This document shows, piece by piece, positions 13,614 through 14,207 of a stretch of DNA of 14,207 bases. Every line of letters begins with the position of its first letter. Position 1 is the stretch's first letter. Made by a program: the position numbers and the translations under genes. The stretch spans positions 1-14,207 of IMG/VR virus record IMGVR_UViG_3300042869_000717, one strand, 5' to 3'. The notes under the pieces were generated by a model. It was given only the letters and a program-made list of their open reading frames with translations, did not search any database and was not told the DNA's origin. Source of the DNA: a virus (taxonomy: Duplodnaviria > Heunggongvirae > Uroviricota > Caudoviricetes).

Positions 13614-13730
13614 ATCCCCATCTCTCAATAGAATAGCAACTTCAATCATCTCTTGAACTCCACCATATCCACAGGAACAAGATGATAAACCCATATTACT
13701 TAAATAATATTTTGCTTCTTCTACTGTCAT
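13596..13730 (-). CDS. Small hypothetical protein (44 aa, MTVEEAKYYLSNMGLSSCSCGYGGVQEMIEVAILLRDGDKKTHL)
   Basis: Manual translation; TATTTAT-N4-ATG on the minus strand; converges on the terminator. Confidence 0.55.
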   Translation of the reverse strand: MTVEEAKYYLSNMGLSSCSCGYGGVQEMIEVAILLRDGDKKTHL

Positions 13731-13774
13731 ACTGATAAATATTGATTGAATTTTTTTATATAAAAACTTTTTCA

Positions 13775-13782
13775 TATATTTG
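13775..13782 (+). promoter_or_regulatory. -7 box of a sigma-A promoter
   Basis: TATATTTG; the -33 position reads TTTT (imperfect). Confidence 0.55.
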
Positions 13783-13796
13783 TCAAAAAATAATCT

Positions 13797-14150
13797 ATGG
13801 CGACTTATAAAAAAGGATGGACTCCTGAGGAAAAAAAAGTGATTGACACCAGTAAAAAAACTGTAAAAACCGTATTTGAATCGGTAACGTCCTCAATGTT
13901 CCCATTTGATAATATATCATTTGAAAATATAAAGGAAACTTTCATGTATCGATACATCCGTAATTTTATTGGAGGGTTCTTAATCATTGGGTTTCTATTA
14001 CTAATTCTTTATTTAGGCACTATTTTTGTGACTTGGAGTGTTCCTAAAGGAAATGATAGTCCAATAGATGGACCAACAAAAATGTTTTTTAGATTATTAT
14101 TTTTAGGATATCTATTTGTAATACTTTGCTTGACAATTGATGAAGATTAA
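13797..14150 (+). CDS. Membrane protein with two predicted TM helices (117 aa)
   Basis: ORF track; hydrophobic segments FIGGFLIIGFLLLILYLGTIFV and FFRLLFLGYLFVILCL. Confidence 0.8.
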   Translation: MATYKKGWTPEEKKVIDTSKKTVKTVFESVTSSMFPFDNISFENIKETFMYRYIRNFIGGFLIIGFLLLILYLGTIFVTWSVPKGNDSPIDGPTKMFFRLLFLGYLFVILCLTIDED

Positions 14151-14173
14151 TCCAATTAACGGTATTTATATAT

Positions 14174-14207
14174 ATGATTGAAACTTCGTTAAAAAAATTA
14201 TTACTTA
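14174..14207 (+). CDS. Partial CDS running off the window (MIETSLKKLLL...)
   Basis: TATTTAT-N4-ATG at 14163-14176; frame open to the window end. Confidence 0.5.
   Translation, partial: MIETSLKKLLL

Noticed and set aside
3451-13987. Other antisense ORFs: 3451-3633, 5046-5252, 6869-7087, 9376-9609, 10074-10283, 10497-10889, 13388-13621, 13805-13987
   Set aside because: Each lies opposite a better-supported gene and lacks its own start signals
1-14207. cas1/cas2/cas9/cas13, tRNA or rRNA genes
   Set aside because: No matching ORFs or cloverleaf structures; GAGTGGTTAA (minus strand near 2160-2170) resembles a D-loop but has no T-arm or acceptor stem
1-14207. Stop-codon reassignment
   Set aside because: Coding density is high under the standard code, and TAG/TAA fall at natural gene ends (e.g. 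9287, 11166) followed by repeats or start signals

Overview
AT-rich window packed with short, mostly hypothetical ORFs. It looks like an accessory region of a large phage infecting Bacteroidota (inference). Evidence: many Bacteroidota-type sigma-A promoters (TTTG-N19/20-TAnnTTTG), no Shine-Dalgarno pattern, and an expanded family of small 'M[KRE][YI]I[IL]TE' proteins. The main feature is a compact RNA-guided nuclease locus at 7000-8824. It has its own promoter, a 400-aa TnpB/Cas12f-like RuvC+Zn-finger nuclease with an intact D-E-D triad (7051-8253), and a second promoter driving a structured ~200-nt non-coding leader that contains an anti-repeat. A 5-repeat CRISPR array follows (36-nt repeats, four 29-30-nt spacers), and its repeat resembles Bacteroidota type VI-B (Cas13b) repeats. 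No TnpA, cas1/cas2 or cas13 is present in the window. Other recognisable products are a PolyA-polymerase/CCA-type nucleotidyltransferase, a GIY-YIG/T5orf172-like protein, a cupin-fold protein and a protein with 9 'VIxxGVKxT' repeats. A ~45-bp repeat (core CTCACTTCGTTCGATGGAATCCCA + T-run) occurs 5 times at gene boundaries. A largely non-coding region (755-3475) holds 9 of 10 CCCCGCC copies, a poly-C tract and a promoter-driven candidate ncRNA. All calls were made by eye; no searches were run.
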